A stretch of 64,000 nucleotides of DNA from positions 2,301,666 to 2,365,665 of the forward strand of contig CAVZZO010000001.1 in assembly GCA_963779755.1 (NCBI GenBank), given 5' to 3'. The notes under the pieces were generated by a model, which was not told the origin of the DNA, did no database searches, and worked only from the letters and a program-made list of their open reading frames with translations. The stretch comes from an uncultured Gemmatimonadales bacterium (GTDB taxonomy: Bacteria > Gemmatimonadota > Gemmatimonadetes > Gemmatimonadales > GWC2-71-9). Position numbers and translations under genes: made by a program. Shown here one piece after another: positions 63,991-64,000 of the stretch (position 1 is its first letter; each line of letters starts with the position of its first letter).

Positions 63991-64000
63991 GCGCCTAACA

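Overview
GC-rich bacterial chromosomal window. Gene content and style (PadR plus ADOP-type duplicated permeases, kinase-TM-TPR Ser/Thr kinases, bshA, Bat operon) suggest Gemmatimonadota or a similar soil lineage; this is inference only. Most of the window is housekeeping: carbamate kinase-sucCD-ndk; yceD-rpmF-plsX-fabHDG-acpP-fabF; tRNA-Ser(GGA); msrPQ; pyrR-pyrB-pyrC; rpsT; scpAB-rluB; moxR-DUF58-bat-mutL-miaA-bshA-uppP-birA-coaX-UbiA; CIRCE-controlled groESL. Accessory parts are a PadR/3x ADOP permease array, a small island of envelope proteins, two tandem Ser/Thr kinases (one frameshifted), a barrel-NlpC/P60 fusion, a putative secreted copper monooxygenase, an ECF sigma operon, and an IS200 abutting a truncated IS30 between two attC-like core motifs. 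The most unusual non-coding signal is a dense set of palindromic repeats: 7-mer and 9-mer periodic hairpins at operon junctions, a four-copy ~85-bp REP-like mosaic before the tRNA, a ~190-nt rod hairpin inside the pyr operon, and an 89-bp tandem array after groEL. Several frameshifts may be long-read consensus errors. No database searches were possible, so no system can be confirmed as novel; the findings are ranked candidates.
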